64,000 bases of DNA, from the NCBI GenBank assembly GCA_965637545.1, contig OZ281500.1, forward strand, positions 8,246,001-8,310,000, read 5' to 3'. Numbering within the stretch: the stretch's first letter is position 1; every line of letters begins with the position of its first letter. Positions 1-12,937 of this stretch are shown in pieces. The notes under the pieces were generated by a model, which was not told the DNA's origin, searched no databases, and worked only from the letters and a program-made list of their open reading frames with translations. A program made the position numbers and the translations under genes. The stretch is from Phallusia mammillata. Taxonomy: Eukaryota.

Positions 1-120
1 ATAAAAAAGATATATTCCAGAGCCATCAGTAAAACACCACACAGTTTTATATGAGCTCAATGAGTCACTAAATCACTAGAACAGTTTCCGGACATGGGTT
101 GTAAATCAGACAATGCTTAC

Positions 121-256
121 CTGTTTTTTCGTTCTCGAAGTTTCACGAAGGGTTGACTGGGAGGTTCAGCAATGTCTTTCATCGCCGCCTCAGATGACCT
201 GCTCGACTGATAATCCGACGAAACACCGGAGTCTCGCATACCGGACGAAAAATCTC
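121..256 (-). CDS. SHROOM: Shroom-family gene, internal coding exon (gene continues left of the window)
   Basis: Acceptor ttccag (259-257) and donor gtaagc (120). Only one frame is open: (G)DFSSGMRDSGVSSDYQSSRSSEAAMKDIAEPPSQPFVKLRERKN. It needs the phase-1 end provided by exon 654-922. Confidence 0.75.
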
Positions 257-312
257 CTGGAACCAATACAATGCAATAAGCATAAGGCGTGCAAGCGAAA
301 CATACACTAGAT

Positions 313-508
313 CAGTGATTCTCAACCTGGGGCTGGTCTTTTCAGGTGGTACGCGACTAGGTTTTTGCAATACTTAATTCAAGTCCGACCTAGAATTACT
401 GCGTAACTGACCCAACTCAGCATTTGTTTCTGTATAGAAACCGCGTCTTGGACGTTTTTTAAGAAAAAAAAGTCGTCAGGTGGTACGCGATAAGGTTGAG
501 AACCACTA
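313..508. mobile_element. hAT-type MITE, 196 bp
   Basis: TIRs CAGTGATTCTCAACCT / AGGTTGAGAACCACTA (14/16 match). Perfect 8-bp TSD CACTAGAT at 305-312 and 509-516. Confidence 0.9.
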
Positions 509-653
509 CACTAGATGATTTTAACACAACATTGATAGGACTAAGTTTGGATAAAAGAGCAACCTGATGGTTCAATTTTACACATCTCGTTTACCAAGCA
601 CAAAAAAGCTATGCGTTCAGACATTATTCTGCAAACAGCACACAATCACCAAC

Positions 654-922
654 CTCGATCTCTTACGCCACCCAACGGCTGAGCAGAGCGATTCAATTCA
701 GGTATTTCCTTTGTGGAGTCATCACCAAAAACGTCGTCCTCCCTACCACTGGGACGTTCGTATGGGTCGCCGCGCTCATAGTCATCGTAGAGGTCAGCGG
801 GATGTTGCATCTGTTGACTTGCTTGGGGCAGTTGGGGCTGACTGGCAGTTTGGTAGTATTGCTGATTGGGGAATTGCCTCGTAGCTGAGTGATGGTATGA
901 CGGTTTGCTTGGATGGACACCC
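654..922 (-). CDS. SHROOM: Shroom-family gene, common exon receiving three alternative upstream exons
   Basis: Acceptor ttacag (925-923), donor gttggt (653). 269 bp = 1+89x3+1. Encodes GVHPSKPSYHHSATRQFPNQQYYQ...DDVFGDDSTKEIPELNRSAQPLGGVRDR (low complexity, Q/P-rich). Confidence 0.75.
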
Positions 923-3900
923 CTGTAATGAAGACGAAAGGTTTTAAGGTATTGAGCAGATTTGATTGCAAGTTTAACTTTGTATGCTGTGCGAGTTTAT
1001 TTTCAAAATATAGAGAAGAAACACAAGTCCATTTGCTTCACTGCAAAACATTAAATACCTAGGGGAAAATAGCTTAGCCCCAAACTATTTACGCTGCACA
1101 TATAACTCTCTTGACGTTTAATCTCCAAAGGGTAGCAAAAAATAAGCTAAGGTTAAAGTTAAACTGGTTTGTTTATAAAATTAGGCAATCAATTGAAATG
1201 AGAGTGGGAGCCATTGTTGAATTCAGGTTCATAAATCAGTTTCTCGATGTTACCGCAATAACGTCAATCGGCGAAATCGCATGTCCTCGAAATGTTTGCC
1301 AACACACAGCAATGTCGAAATATAATTTGCCCAACGAACAATAGACAAAGCAAGCGACCTAGGACTTGGACACACACAATGGTGACCGCAACAAAAGTAC
1401 CTTGAAGAAATCACAGGGCGCGCTAAATAAATCATACATTCCCGATAGAATGTCATGTCGACCCTGTGCAGTAACACGCTAGCTCAGGCTAGTATGTGTC
1501 AACATTGTGGCAGATGGCGAAAGTCACGCGATCACGTTGGAATTTGCCTCCATCTTGGTCGAAAGTCTACACCTGCCTGACACGGCGATAACCTGTTATA
1601 CCGTATTTATGCACTTGAGTGTTGGACACACATCCGCCTACTCTACAACCGCTGCGAGTTTGCGCAACTTACTAATTTTTTGAGTCGGATTATGGTAAAA
1701 AGTAAAACCAACTGATCTAGACATGAGGTCTGGTTATAACCCAGACCACTGGTTCCCAAACCGAGTGTCTCGGTCTAGCAAGAGCCACGAATCCATTTTA
1801 AGTTGACCAATCAGCTATTTTACATGTACCGATTTATGATATCGTATGTTGTTACGTTTGCATAGTGGTACGTGCAATAATTTGTGAGTTTCAATTTGGT
1901 TTTGGTATCAGGCGAGCCGCAAACTAAGCTTGAATGATTATTATTTAAGTCATAGATGAAAAATGTTTAAAAAACACTGGCCTGCACACCTCCACGACTT
2001 TTTAGTTTCTATATTTAGCACGAACGCACACCGAAGAGGTTCAAAATGATTCATTGTTAGTCATTCATGCCCACAATGTTTCACTATTAGATATTCATGT
2101 TGCCCACATTTTTGCACACGTATTCGAAGTCCGAATGAACCGTACTTCATAAACTCGTTATTAACAAACTTGGGCACACTACCCTTACCCAGTTATGCAG
2201 TGCGGCACACGTGCAGAGTTATCTTCCGTACACAACGTTTTGCGTCAACCTAGCGAATTCCGACTCCCTCTCTTTGAATACACGCTATCTTAAGTCAACA
2301 CGCAATTTCCGATAATAGGTTCTTACCACAACTGAGCAGCATTTGCAATAAACGCAAGGTTTTCATAGATTTACTTGCAACCCCTGCTGTTATCACGCTG
2401 CTTAACAGCAAAGTATAACTGCACCCGCAAAGCGCTCGTGTCCGTTGTTATGGCCAGTTTGAATAATTTATTGCCAATTGTCAGGTCCGACTTAGCCGTA
2501 TGTGGTGCGAAAATGTCAGCGTTTATACACAGTTCGACTGGAAAGTTAGGAACGTAAAACGTAAACCAAGAGGTCGCGAGGTTGTTTTCGTGGCAGAGGT
2601 TTTTACTTTCGAGATGGTGCGAATTGGTTAGGGCGCAGGTTAACAACGCTATTGTTTCGGGCAATTGGTGAACAAGGCGCGAGACAAATGAACAGAAAAA
2701 TCTGACACTTTCTCACGCTGGCTGGGAACGCGCGTTCGCCATTGTAAAGGAATGGCTATTGGAAACAGACGCCGTTATTATAACTAACACACCCACAGCC
2801 AATAACCAAGTCTGAACAATAGAGAGCCCGATTGAGTCAATGCCGTGGAACGTGAAAATTACTTTTCAACTAGCACTTTTACTTGCTGCGCCCTTGTTAA
2901 ATGTAGCGACGGATTTTTGAGGTTTATTAGGCGCTATTGACATAGTCTTTGTGCCGTCTACCTTGTCATCAAATAATATAATAATTTATGACGGGTTTGA
3001 AGAAACCTGGCACGGCAAAGAGCGCAATTTTATTAGCTGGGTGTTAAACATTCGAAATAGCTTTGGGTTGCTAACAAACAAGTTTAACAGAGTCCAAGAC
3101 AATTCAAACTTACACAAACAAAAAACTTTTAAAGCTGCTACATGTCGATTTGTCCAAAATCAACGGTGAGTGCTATTGACTACTGTTCCATTTGATTGGA
3201 AGCGACCTTTAAAAATCCATTCGATTTGTTTGGAAAAGAACGTGTTTTTAAGCTAAGGGCATTAGGGTAAACGCAACAGAAGCCAGCGACTTGAAAGCGA
3301 GAGACCAAGGATCAATTGTCAATGACAAGCACATAATTGATTCAAACAAATAAAATCGGACAAAAGAAGGCGGATGTGAAAAAAATACATCAAACGATTG
3401 TGTGGACAAGGGAAGATTTTCACCAAAGAAACACGAGAGTAAACTGGGAGTCTATCTTTCCTCAAAGTCACCTATACGTTATTACGCCTTTGCTGCAATA
3501 TAATTACCCGTTTCCATCAGAACGTGAGGTTAAATCGAGCATATCTAGTGTTGATCAAATAGCTAAACCTAAGTCCTTTATGTACTTTGCATCCGGATTT
3601 GGAATGCCAATTTTCACACGAAAACATACAATTTTGTAATTTAAGAATACTGTAAAAAGCTACGTGACAACACCGATACAAAATCACGTCTAAAGCTGAA
3701 TTAAGGGTCAAACCGTGGGTCGACTTCCAACGAACTGAAATTAAAAGTAGAAAGGTGGATGAGCTTAGTTATTTTTAGCAAAAACGGCAGTTGGTGTCTG
3801 TAATGGTTCAACAAGTCACATTCACAAATAATCACATGACGTGGCGAGGGGACGGTTCGAGGGAGTGACCGTAGTTATACGCCATTGTTAGTGAAGAGCT

Positions 3901-4760
3901 GAACACACGAATGACGTCGCTAGTCTGAGAATAGTCGCACTGCTTGGGGAACTTGCCTGTTGCTTGGCACCACAGAAAAACATGCCTTAGCGAAGACGTG
4001 CGTTCTCGTCGTAGTATAAATGCAGTAAAGAATTACAGCTGAAGTCGGGCAAAAATCTACTGAAGTTACCCGTAAAAGAACATTACGTCATCGCATAATT
4101 AAACATTAAGCCAATGTTGAACGTAGAAAGTGAAGCGACGATTTTGGTAACGTCGACAAGGGCACATTTTTGGCACACAAAGGCATGCACGGGACAATGC
4201 GCACTTTGTACGGCACAAATATGTACTGAGCGCTTGGAATAAATAGAAAAGAGTAACTGGGGTAGGACAGGGACATGTGAAAGAGCTAAACGTTTGTTTG
4301 TCGCTTGCCACATGCCTCCCAAACACGTAAAGTACCTGTATGCAACGTTATCACCCGTGCTGCTATAAGTAGAATAGGGCAATCGGTAAAACCACCTATG
4401 ACCGTTTATTGCGTTCCTAACGATCTTAGGCACACAATGTAGGCCCCTCCCGCAGTGATTAAACGCATCATCATGAAACTGCAAACCGTGAGCACAATAC
4501 AGACAATATAAAAACAACATACGCAGGTACAAATGTCATCAGCAAAACTTGAGGAAAAAGTTTTTTATGTATATAACAAATCTCTCAAAATTTTGGTACG
4601 ATGAGAAATGATTTGACACCCAACTCAAATTTACCCGGTATTATATACAAGTTACTCTACAAGCGACAGACTTAGGGTCAGTTTAATCTTTTATTTAATA
4701 AGTGAAGTCATCACCATGCTGAGACAGAATTTTTGTAGCATGTTGTAACATTACACTTAC

Positions 4761-4837
4761 CCAGTATATACACTGTATATCGACTCGCTTGAACTCCGCA
4801 CCATCGGGTTTCTCGGCAACGAGTAATACATATCCAT
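4761..4837 (-). CDS. SHROOM: Shroom alternative short first coding exon (MDMYYSLPRNPMVRSSSESIYSVYTG)
   Basis: ATG at 4837 with an in-frame upstream stop. Strong donor GG|gtaagt at 4760. Phase 2 matches exon 922. Confidence 0.55.
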
Positions 4838-5473
4838 GATAAACTCGTTCACAATTTTCTAACTTGTAACCATATCACAAAGTTTCAGACTAAATACTTG
4901 CACGTACACGGTTCTAAACTAACACAAGCAATATTTAAGCACCAGAACACAAAGCTTTTCCCTGACTCAGTCCTCTCCTATACAGGTAAACTTTCGGCGC
5001 TCAAAGCTTACGAAGTCCAGCCCCTTTTTTCGTACTTGAGCCTGTGAAAGGGCGGCGGGCGCAATAACAATGAGGCAGCGCGGGGTCGGGCAAAGGTTTG
5101 CCTTTGGATAACGAAGGGCACCTACAGCTACAGTTCCTATAAATGTTTAACCTGGTTTTTCGATTCCTCGGCGCGATCGCAAATAACAAGGGGCCAATTT
5201 AAGTTTCGCCGTCAACCGAGTCACATCGTGCCTGACGGGTTTGATGTAACGAATGTTCCAAGGCAAACAGCAATTAAAATACACTGTACCTTCGTCTAAC
5301 ATTCGGGCTTAATTTTAAAACTAACCTTAAGGGACATTGATAACATTTTAACGTCAAATAACAAACGACAGCAACCTATACATCACCTCAGACTCATCTA
5401 AGCTACCGAAATCGACATATACTGCTTGCTTTTACTTCTTACCTATTTGACTACCACCAAAGTACACGTAAAG

Positions 5474-5682
5474 AAGTGGTTCCCAACCTTTTTCGGCGAA
5501 TTCCTTACTTAACAATTCAAAATATTTTCATTCCTCCCCAATAGACGACATGATAGATGCTAAACCATAAAAAGATTATAAAATTCGGGTCTTTTAACTT
5601 CACAGGCGACATTCCCAGATATGATATTTACAAACCACATGTACAAATTAAAAGTAAATTTCTTTCCGGCAGGGAACCACTG
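5474..5682. mobile_element. Degenerate hAT-type MITE
   Basis: Ends AAGTGGTTCCCAACC ... GGGAACCACTG resemble hAT TIRs. No clean TSD found. Confidence 0.55.
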
Positions 5683-7418
5683 TGTTAGAACATTCGCTGG
5701 ATATTGCGGCATATGACATTTTAAATCCAAACTGAACCTTGCCTAACCTTCTTTAACCATTATGACAAGAACAATAAAAGGCACTACAAAACTAAAACGT
5801 GGCTTCATTGACCGTTAACGTGGTTTCATACGCTTCGCTAATCTTGTTTGAAAACAGTGACGTAACCAAGGCTATATGGTTGGCTCAGAAGGGCAACAAA
5901 CAAGAGAAACTATTTTAGACCAAATTCACCTGAACGCACTCTCATGTGTACATACGTCATTATACTTTACTAAGTTGCGCGTGATTCAAATTTACTATGT
6001 TTAGATACCATTATGACGTAACATTAAAAATGGCCTTGACGAGATTGCACTGAAAAACGCTAAATTCAAATACTTAATAGCTAAGGGCTTTACACGTCAT
6101 AAACAAACACTTAAAATGGCACGAAATTTTAATCAAGGAACAAGGGGGCCTTGGAAATTAATACCTGTAATAAACGGGCAAGGGAAATGGCATTTACTGA
6201 ATACCGTGTCGCAAATCGTTCAGTACCTTCGTGCTCTGGTGACAGCGGAGGCGTCTGGGCTTTGTTATTGGAAAGTCAATTTGTCATCAGCGAACACGGC
6301 CAGGGCTTGTATCAACACATTACAACAGTATGCGGACAAAGTAGCGAGACGAAGCACTCAACACGCGCTAGGGATACGAACTTGGCTGCGCAAAATCAAC
6401 ATCAGCATATTTCGGATTTTATTCTTGCTGCGCGTGGGGTACATTGCAAATTAAGCGTGAACAATGTAAACACAGCACGATGTGCGCAGCATATGACGTT
6501 GTGTAGACGCAATTTGCTAGACGGAAAACAGCAATTAGGCAATTTTCCAATTGAGGACGTCAAGTAATTTATGACCTACAACTAAAGTAAACTCACATTA
6601 TTGACAGTAAATTCAATGACAGATTGATTTTCTGACGTAATATTTGGCATCTAAGCTACCGAAATCGACAATAAATACATGAGATTAAGCGAGTCCATTT
6701 CCGAAATGGCAACTTAAAAGGCTCTGTGCAATTTTTTTACACAATTCTTAGTTTCCTTGACCTAAACACACATGCCTATTTTTAACTTGTGTTTGCATTG
6801 TATGTCATTACCCTGATGAAGGTGTTTCGTATGGGACATCGAAACGTTGGCATATTACAATAAAAAACTGCCGGAAGAGCTAAAAATTCTGTTAATACGT
6901 TATGCCTGGCAGCAACAGTGTACACATGCCTATGTTGAACCGCTCTGCCTACAGTGTACACGTACGCCCTCACAAAAGCGAACTAAACGCGTTAGAATAA
7001 AATACTTCTGCTCGTGATGTCGCAGGCGTAACAATAACGCCAACGTAAACATAATTTTATACTAACACCTGCCAGCCCCCACACAGGCCTCTATCATACC
7101 ACAACAACGAACATTGCACCACAGGGGTTAACTTACAATTACAGGGAACAGGACTTTACACGTATAGTGCATAGACACCAAACCGGGTAAGGGTCCTTCG
7201 AGTTCAACCGAGCGAAAACAAACAAAGAGTAAGCTTGCGAGATAAGTGGTGACCCGCGGGCTGGCGCGCGAGCCTTCGCGTCATTAATTAACTGTGGACC
7301 CAGCCAGTTAGACCTACAGGGACTTGACGTTCCAGCTCGAGCACACGTCGCCACAGACACCAGTAAACACCTGATATGGTGTTAGCATGGACCTTAAAGG
7401 CGATACGAGATACTCTAC

Positions 7419-8170
7419 CTTTCATCCGACGCGTCGACCATCCTACTCAAATCGACAGACTTCTTTTCGGGATTAAAGACGTCTTGAGAGAATCTCGAGC
7501 GCGATATGCGCAGTTTCAAACGCAAGTCGAGAACAAAGAGGTGGGAATCCGCGTCAAGGTTGCGCATGCGAGGTAGAGTTTGGGCCTTCACAGTGGCTGT
7601 AGACAGTTTTGGTGTCAGCTCCTCAGAATCAAACTCGATTACGGTCATTTGGTTGCCCGATTGCTGTTTTGTTTCCGATACAGTATCCAGGACACACTCA
7701 AAGTCACTGGAAATTCTGCGACTGTGGTAACTTTTGGGCGTCGATGGTGATGTTGGGGAGCTACGAATACGTTCCCGATTTGGAGTCAACCTCGGAGCAG
7801 TGTAGGAACGACTGCGGAAAAGTTTGGGTGTCGGTGGAGGTGTGTCTGCGTTTTCAAAAAGCTGCCGAATGCGGGCAATTGGATTCTTTTCGTGAACCTT
7901 AACCGGTTTACAAACCACTGCGTTCTTAGGCACTTCATTGCTGAAAATAGGCAGCGCTCTAACGCGGGAAAGTTTCTCCTTGAGAGCGGTTAGTTTCGGG
8001 TTGGGCTGGCCACCCTTTTTACTGGGTTGCAGTTCCGGAGATCGCACAGTGATTCGCTGGTTTAGGTCGTTTGCCAAGTTGGACGAGATACTGGTTCTCC
8101 GCGTTGAGCGAAAAATCGAGTTGCAAGTGTCAGCTGAAGTCGACTTACGAGCACGAGGAAGGGTAGACAT
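7419..8170 (-). CDS. SHROOM: Shroom alternative long first coding exon (250 aa, S/T/P/R-rich, PDZ-less isoform)
   Basis: 251-aa ORF from an ATG whose stop codon overlaps the donor AG|gtagag (7418). 752 bp = 250x3+2, which is phase-compatible with exon 922. Confidence 0.65.
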
Positions 8171-9799
8171 TGCTGATGTGAATTGTTTTGGGTTTTTACA
8201 TCAAAATTGATCAAATTCCGCTTTAAATTCCGCAGGTCACACTATGCAAAACAGTCTAATACTTAATGCATTATGCTTGACAACCATCTGCAATCTGCAC
8301 CGACTTCAAATCAAAATACAGTACAAATAGATTCAAACCTGTCCACTGCAAAAAAGGGAAAAGAATAGTTTCAAATAACTTCTAAAAGGAACCCGCAATG
8401 AAACTGACGTGACTAGACAACGGTATACAAGCTCGCTTTACTCATTTCACTGCTTAAAATATACTCTCTGTCAGACGTGCATGTTGTCACAACAGGTTCG
8501 TTTTGTCCGGAAAACGTAATCCGCAATTGTCACCGCAATCATTCGCAGAATATGCAAAACAATTTAAGGCAATCACCCGTCTGTTATTGTCAAAACACGA
8601 ACGTACCACGAACCAGTATCCTGAAATTTAATCGCACTCTATCCTGATCTATAGCATTACTCGGGACACATTTGCATAAGTCCTAATTTAATATTTCTAA
8701 GCGTATAAATAACATATGTCAAGCAGAAAAAGGGTTTTATTTAGGGAAGTGCTGGCTGTGATTGGCATTTTATTGAAAATAATTCACAAATAAATACACC
8801 TTGCATCGTAGCGTTCGCTGCAGGCTTATGACTTAGCCACATATCACAAACCACAAGAGCTGCTTTCCTTAAATCTGCCCACGGAGACTGTAGACAGCTC
8901 GAGGTTTCTAGCGTTTTGCCCACACAAGTGGCTGAACTGACCCAGTCTGCAACACAAGGCTCTATAAACTTGCGACTGCCCAAAACGCGACAACTCGACG
9001 GTGACTAATAATTAAGGCTGGCGGAATGGAAGGTCCAAGGTCTTATTCAGCAGCAATAGGCAAATGCGACCCGCAATTTCGCATCGCAAGCTTGATGACG
9101 ACCAGGCAATACAGGATGTCGCAATATATACGTCAGACCATAAATGGCCGGTGCCAAACTCCTGTATGAGAAACAATGCTGGCGTGGGCGGAAATTCACA
9201 ACGCTCGGGCATTCAATGCCACACTTGCCACTGTCGAAGAGTAGTTGGTCACGCGCAGTTGCCGTTTATGTATGCAACTGTAGTCAAGTCATGTTGTCCG
9301 TTTTGGGGAAACTATAAATAGGTATCAGGTTAGAAAAAGTCGTGCAGATGATGATGAGCAGAAGATTGCCTGAACACTGGCATAACTGCTGCCAATTTAT
9401 GGGAAATTTATTCCAACAAAACTATAACGTCGCGCATTCACCGTTTAACAAACTGGTTTTGTGATAAGGAATGCAAATCTGAGTACAATGCTAAAACAAT
9501 TCCCGTAAGGGACACAAACCCACACGAGCCTAAAAAACGGAAAGAAATACGGTTGCAACCACACCATGCCTCACCAGTGCCACCATGAGACCATACCAAC
9601 GTTAAATAAATAAATCAGTTATGCGTTGTCTGTATCTGTAGGCACTCTGGAATGTGTAAGTGATATCACATTTACTGGACTGACAAGCAAGCATATGTGT
9701 ACATAGCGAAATGGCTTGTTTTTAATCTTCGTTTTTATGGTAAAAAAGGTGCATGAAAAAGTAATTGTTGTATTTACTCAAAACTATTTAAGTATTTAC

Positions 9800-9948
9800 C
9801 TTTCCACTTCTAGTACAAGAAGGTGGCCAGATTGCTTAACAAACTGAATGGCATCTGATCTCATTCCGCTAAGTGGAACATTGTTAATACTGTAAACCAC
9901 ATCTCCAACAAAAAGTCCCCCACATTCTGCTTTTCCACCTTTTTCCAA
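9800..9948 (-). CDS. SHROOM: Shroom PDZ domain, second exon
   Basis: caacag|...|gtaaat. LEKGGKAECGGLFVGDVVYSINNVPLSGMRSDAIQFVKQSGHLLVLEVER closely parallels the Shroom PDZ C-half (LSGxRxxAIxxVK spacing). Ends in phase 2. Confidence 0.85.
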
Positions 9949-10992
9949 CTGTTGATTGTAAAAAAAACATTATTGCCATGGCAATGGTATAATTAGATAA
10001 GGATTTTGGAGTTTAGGTGTAAGTTACATATTACAGCATATATATACACTTAAAAATTATTTTCCATATTTGCCTAAAAATGGGCTGCAGTTGTATTTGA
10101 AAAGATTCCTTATTAATCAACATGAAAATTATTTTTTAGCTTTTTTAGTCCCTGTTTTAGAAAAAACTTCATAGCAACATACTTTATGTAAAAGTCTGGC
10201 TTAGGCTAAAGAAAGGAATTCCAGAAAATGGATTCAAGGTTAACCTTAATCAGACAGTCTTGATGCCTGAGGCAATGTTTAACTGGGATTTAAGAAGTCA
10301 TACAGACATTCCAAGTATATACATACTGAAATGCTTTATCCAGACAAGCGGGCTCAAAAAATAGTGCCATACATAAAACTAACAGAAATGGAACTACAAA
10401 ACCCTAAAACTTAAAACACCTAATCTCTGTATTTGGGGTTAAAAATAATATTGTACGAAAACAAGAAAATTTATGCATCCACTACTCAACATAAAGAACT
10501 ATTATACATGTAAAATTTAAAGACAAATTACGACCAAGTGTTTCTTATCATTATGTTTAAAGGAATTAAGGAAGTAATTCAAACACAAGTAGGCAGGACA
10601 CAGGAAACCATACAAATCCCACTTTTATTTCAATTTCTCGCAAAGAAATTTATCAAAAAAATTACACTTAATGTACATGTTACCTTAAACCTAAATTTTA
10701 AATATTTGTACTAGATTATTTTAATATTTGATTGTATAAACTGCAAGTTTTCTTTCAAAGAAAAAGGGCAGTTCCAGTAAAGAGTCCAGAAAAAGTCCTT
10801 CAAGTTCACCACGTTATGGCAAGATTGGCAACTTATTTTATGTTACAATTTTCAAACAAAATCATAATAGCCTGATACACATAGAATAAATATCAGCAAA
10901 TTTGGCATTAATGAAATATGTTTCTAACATTGGTTGTATCATATATGTAACAAACAAAATAATGCGAGTCAAACTTCACAACCCGTGCTTAC

Positions 10993-11100
10993 TTTTGAAA
11001 CAACCAGTGGCTTGTTGCTTTCCCTGCCTCCCTTGATAGAAAATCCCCATGGTCTTCCACCACTAAGCACAACTTCTATCCTTTCTCTTCTGGAACCCAT
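10993..11100 (-). CDS. SHROOM: Shroom PDZ domain, first coding exon
   Basis: [36 protein letters not shown]|gtaagc. GGxPWGF PDZ motif. The junction VSK|LEKGG matches the Shroom ISK|VEEGG boundary. Confidence 0.85.
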
Positions 11101-12937
11101 TTTTGGTGTGGTAACATCCACAAAAACACTTATATGTCCACATTAACATAAAATTTTAAACATTTATTTCATCAATTGCTGAAGTTAAGAAAAACAGGAT
11201 TAAAATGACATTAACGAAACTTGTTTTGTAAGTATTATACAATATGCTAGTGTGGAATGAATACTGGACACAATGAAGCTTTATTAGTGTTCAATAGCTG
11301 ACAAATAGAAACAACCGAAAAGTCTGACCAACATTGCATAATATGATGGATTCACCACTGTGTTTTTATTTTTTCATTTAAAAATCAGCAAAGAGTAAGG
11401 CGTCACAGTCACAGCCGATTGTAGTAGCCCAATCTCCAGTTAAAATTACATTTTAATTTGCAAATACAAGACAATATAGACAGCACCTTGAAAAAAAACT
11501 TAACATAAATTAATTTATAACGTACAGTTATCGTGTGTAGTGTAGTAAAGCTTAAAAACTCTTTCTACAAGCCAACATGACGAGCAAAGCAAACTAATGC
11601 ATCTCATTTTTTTCACAACTTGACCGCCAGTCCGCCACCCAACTTATAACATTAACTTAGGTTGTTTACTGGCAGATACTGAGCTATTTCTATACTCTAA
11701 ACTTAAAAAAATCTAAATACAAAAACAAATACATATTTAATTGCTAATAGGACTTAAATTGTAAGCGAGAATTCAGTAAATTTCCTTCTGTTTGGAAGAT
11801 TCGTTCTGGTAAATAACTTTACACGCTTGAATGACGATTCTATTACGTACTTCAATCACCTAAATTTGCGTCATCGTTTACTGTTTTTCCACTCAAAGGC
11901 TGTCTTGCGAAACGAATAGACCTCCGTAATATGCCGTTATGTACAGGTAATACCAGTGCTTTATACCATGATATTTAAAACAAAATCCCCCGTATATGAT
12001 ACAAATATGGACCCCCACAAAATTGGATTCCCCCTTCCAGAGTCTAGACAGCCTTGATTTTCGATCCGTCAAGCATTGTGTTGATAGACACATTTTTTGA
12101 AATGGTTATAAAAGTCTATTTAATGTATATAAGTTTTTACAATATGTTCAACGTTTATTATGCAAATAGTTGTGCCTCCAACATTTTTCCGCTTCGTGGT
12201 GTCTCGGTGCTGCAAGGCTCTTTGCGGCGCAGTTGTTTGCATTTCTTGTTTAAAGTCAAATAGGCATAATCCAAAGGAGGCACAGGCTGTTTTTTCGAGT
12301 GAGGCGCGGTGCACGAGAGTTGGTTTACTAGAAACATCCACACAAAAACAGCCAAAAGACCTATTGTAAGAAGTTTTTTTTATTGTGGCGTAGCCTATTT
12401 TTTCGCATTGCACAGAAAAATAATTGGTGTGAATTGCAAATATCTTTTTGAGTTTGGATTCATCACGCGTGGTTGTATGTTTGTAATGTCAAAAATGTAT
12501 GCTGTTTTTTTTTAAATACCTGCCCTGATAAATCCAGTTTGATGAGTTTGTCATCTAGCTTAGGCCTACATTTTTTTGTAAGCGGGAAACACGGTTTCTA
12601 GGGAGTTACTTAAAGAGGGTAGCGGGCCCTATAAAATATGAAAATCTATGAAAGGTTGAGAACCACTTACTTAGTGCTAGTTTGACGTATTTAAACCGAC
12701 GTTAAAGTCGCAATAAGACATTTGTGAAATGCAAAAATAGCCTATTCAACATGAAATGTTGGCAAAGGTAGTTTATTCAAATAACACCAAAACAGTATGG
12801 AACCGCTACAAGTTTTCACACGGTGCACTCATATTTCTAATTATTTAAACACTATCAGGCAACTTCTTTGAAACCCGATGAGATATGATTCTAAACGTTA
12901 TCAATTGTTCTCGGTAATTATGGTCCCGATGTAGGAG

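Noticed and set aside
4083-4532. 149-aa minus-strand ORF in a Shroom intron
   Set aside because: No compatible splice sites, no homology recognised, and non-ATG start.
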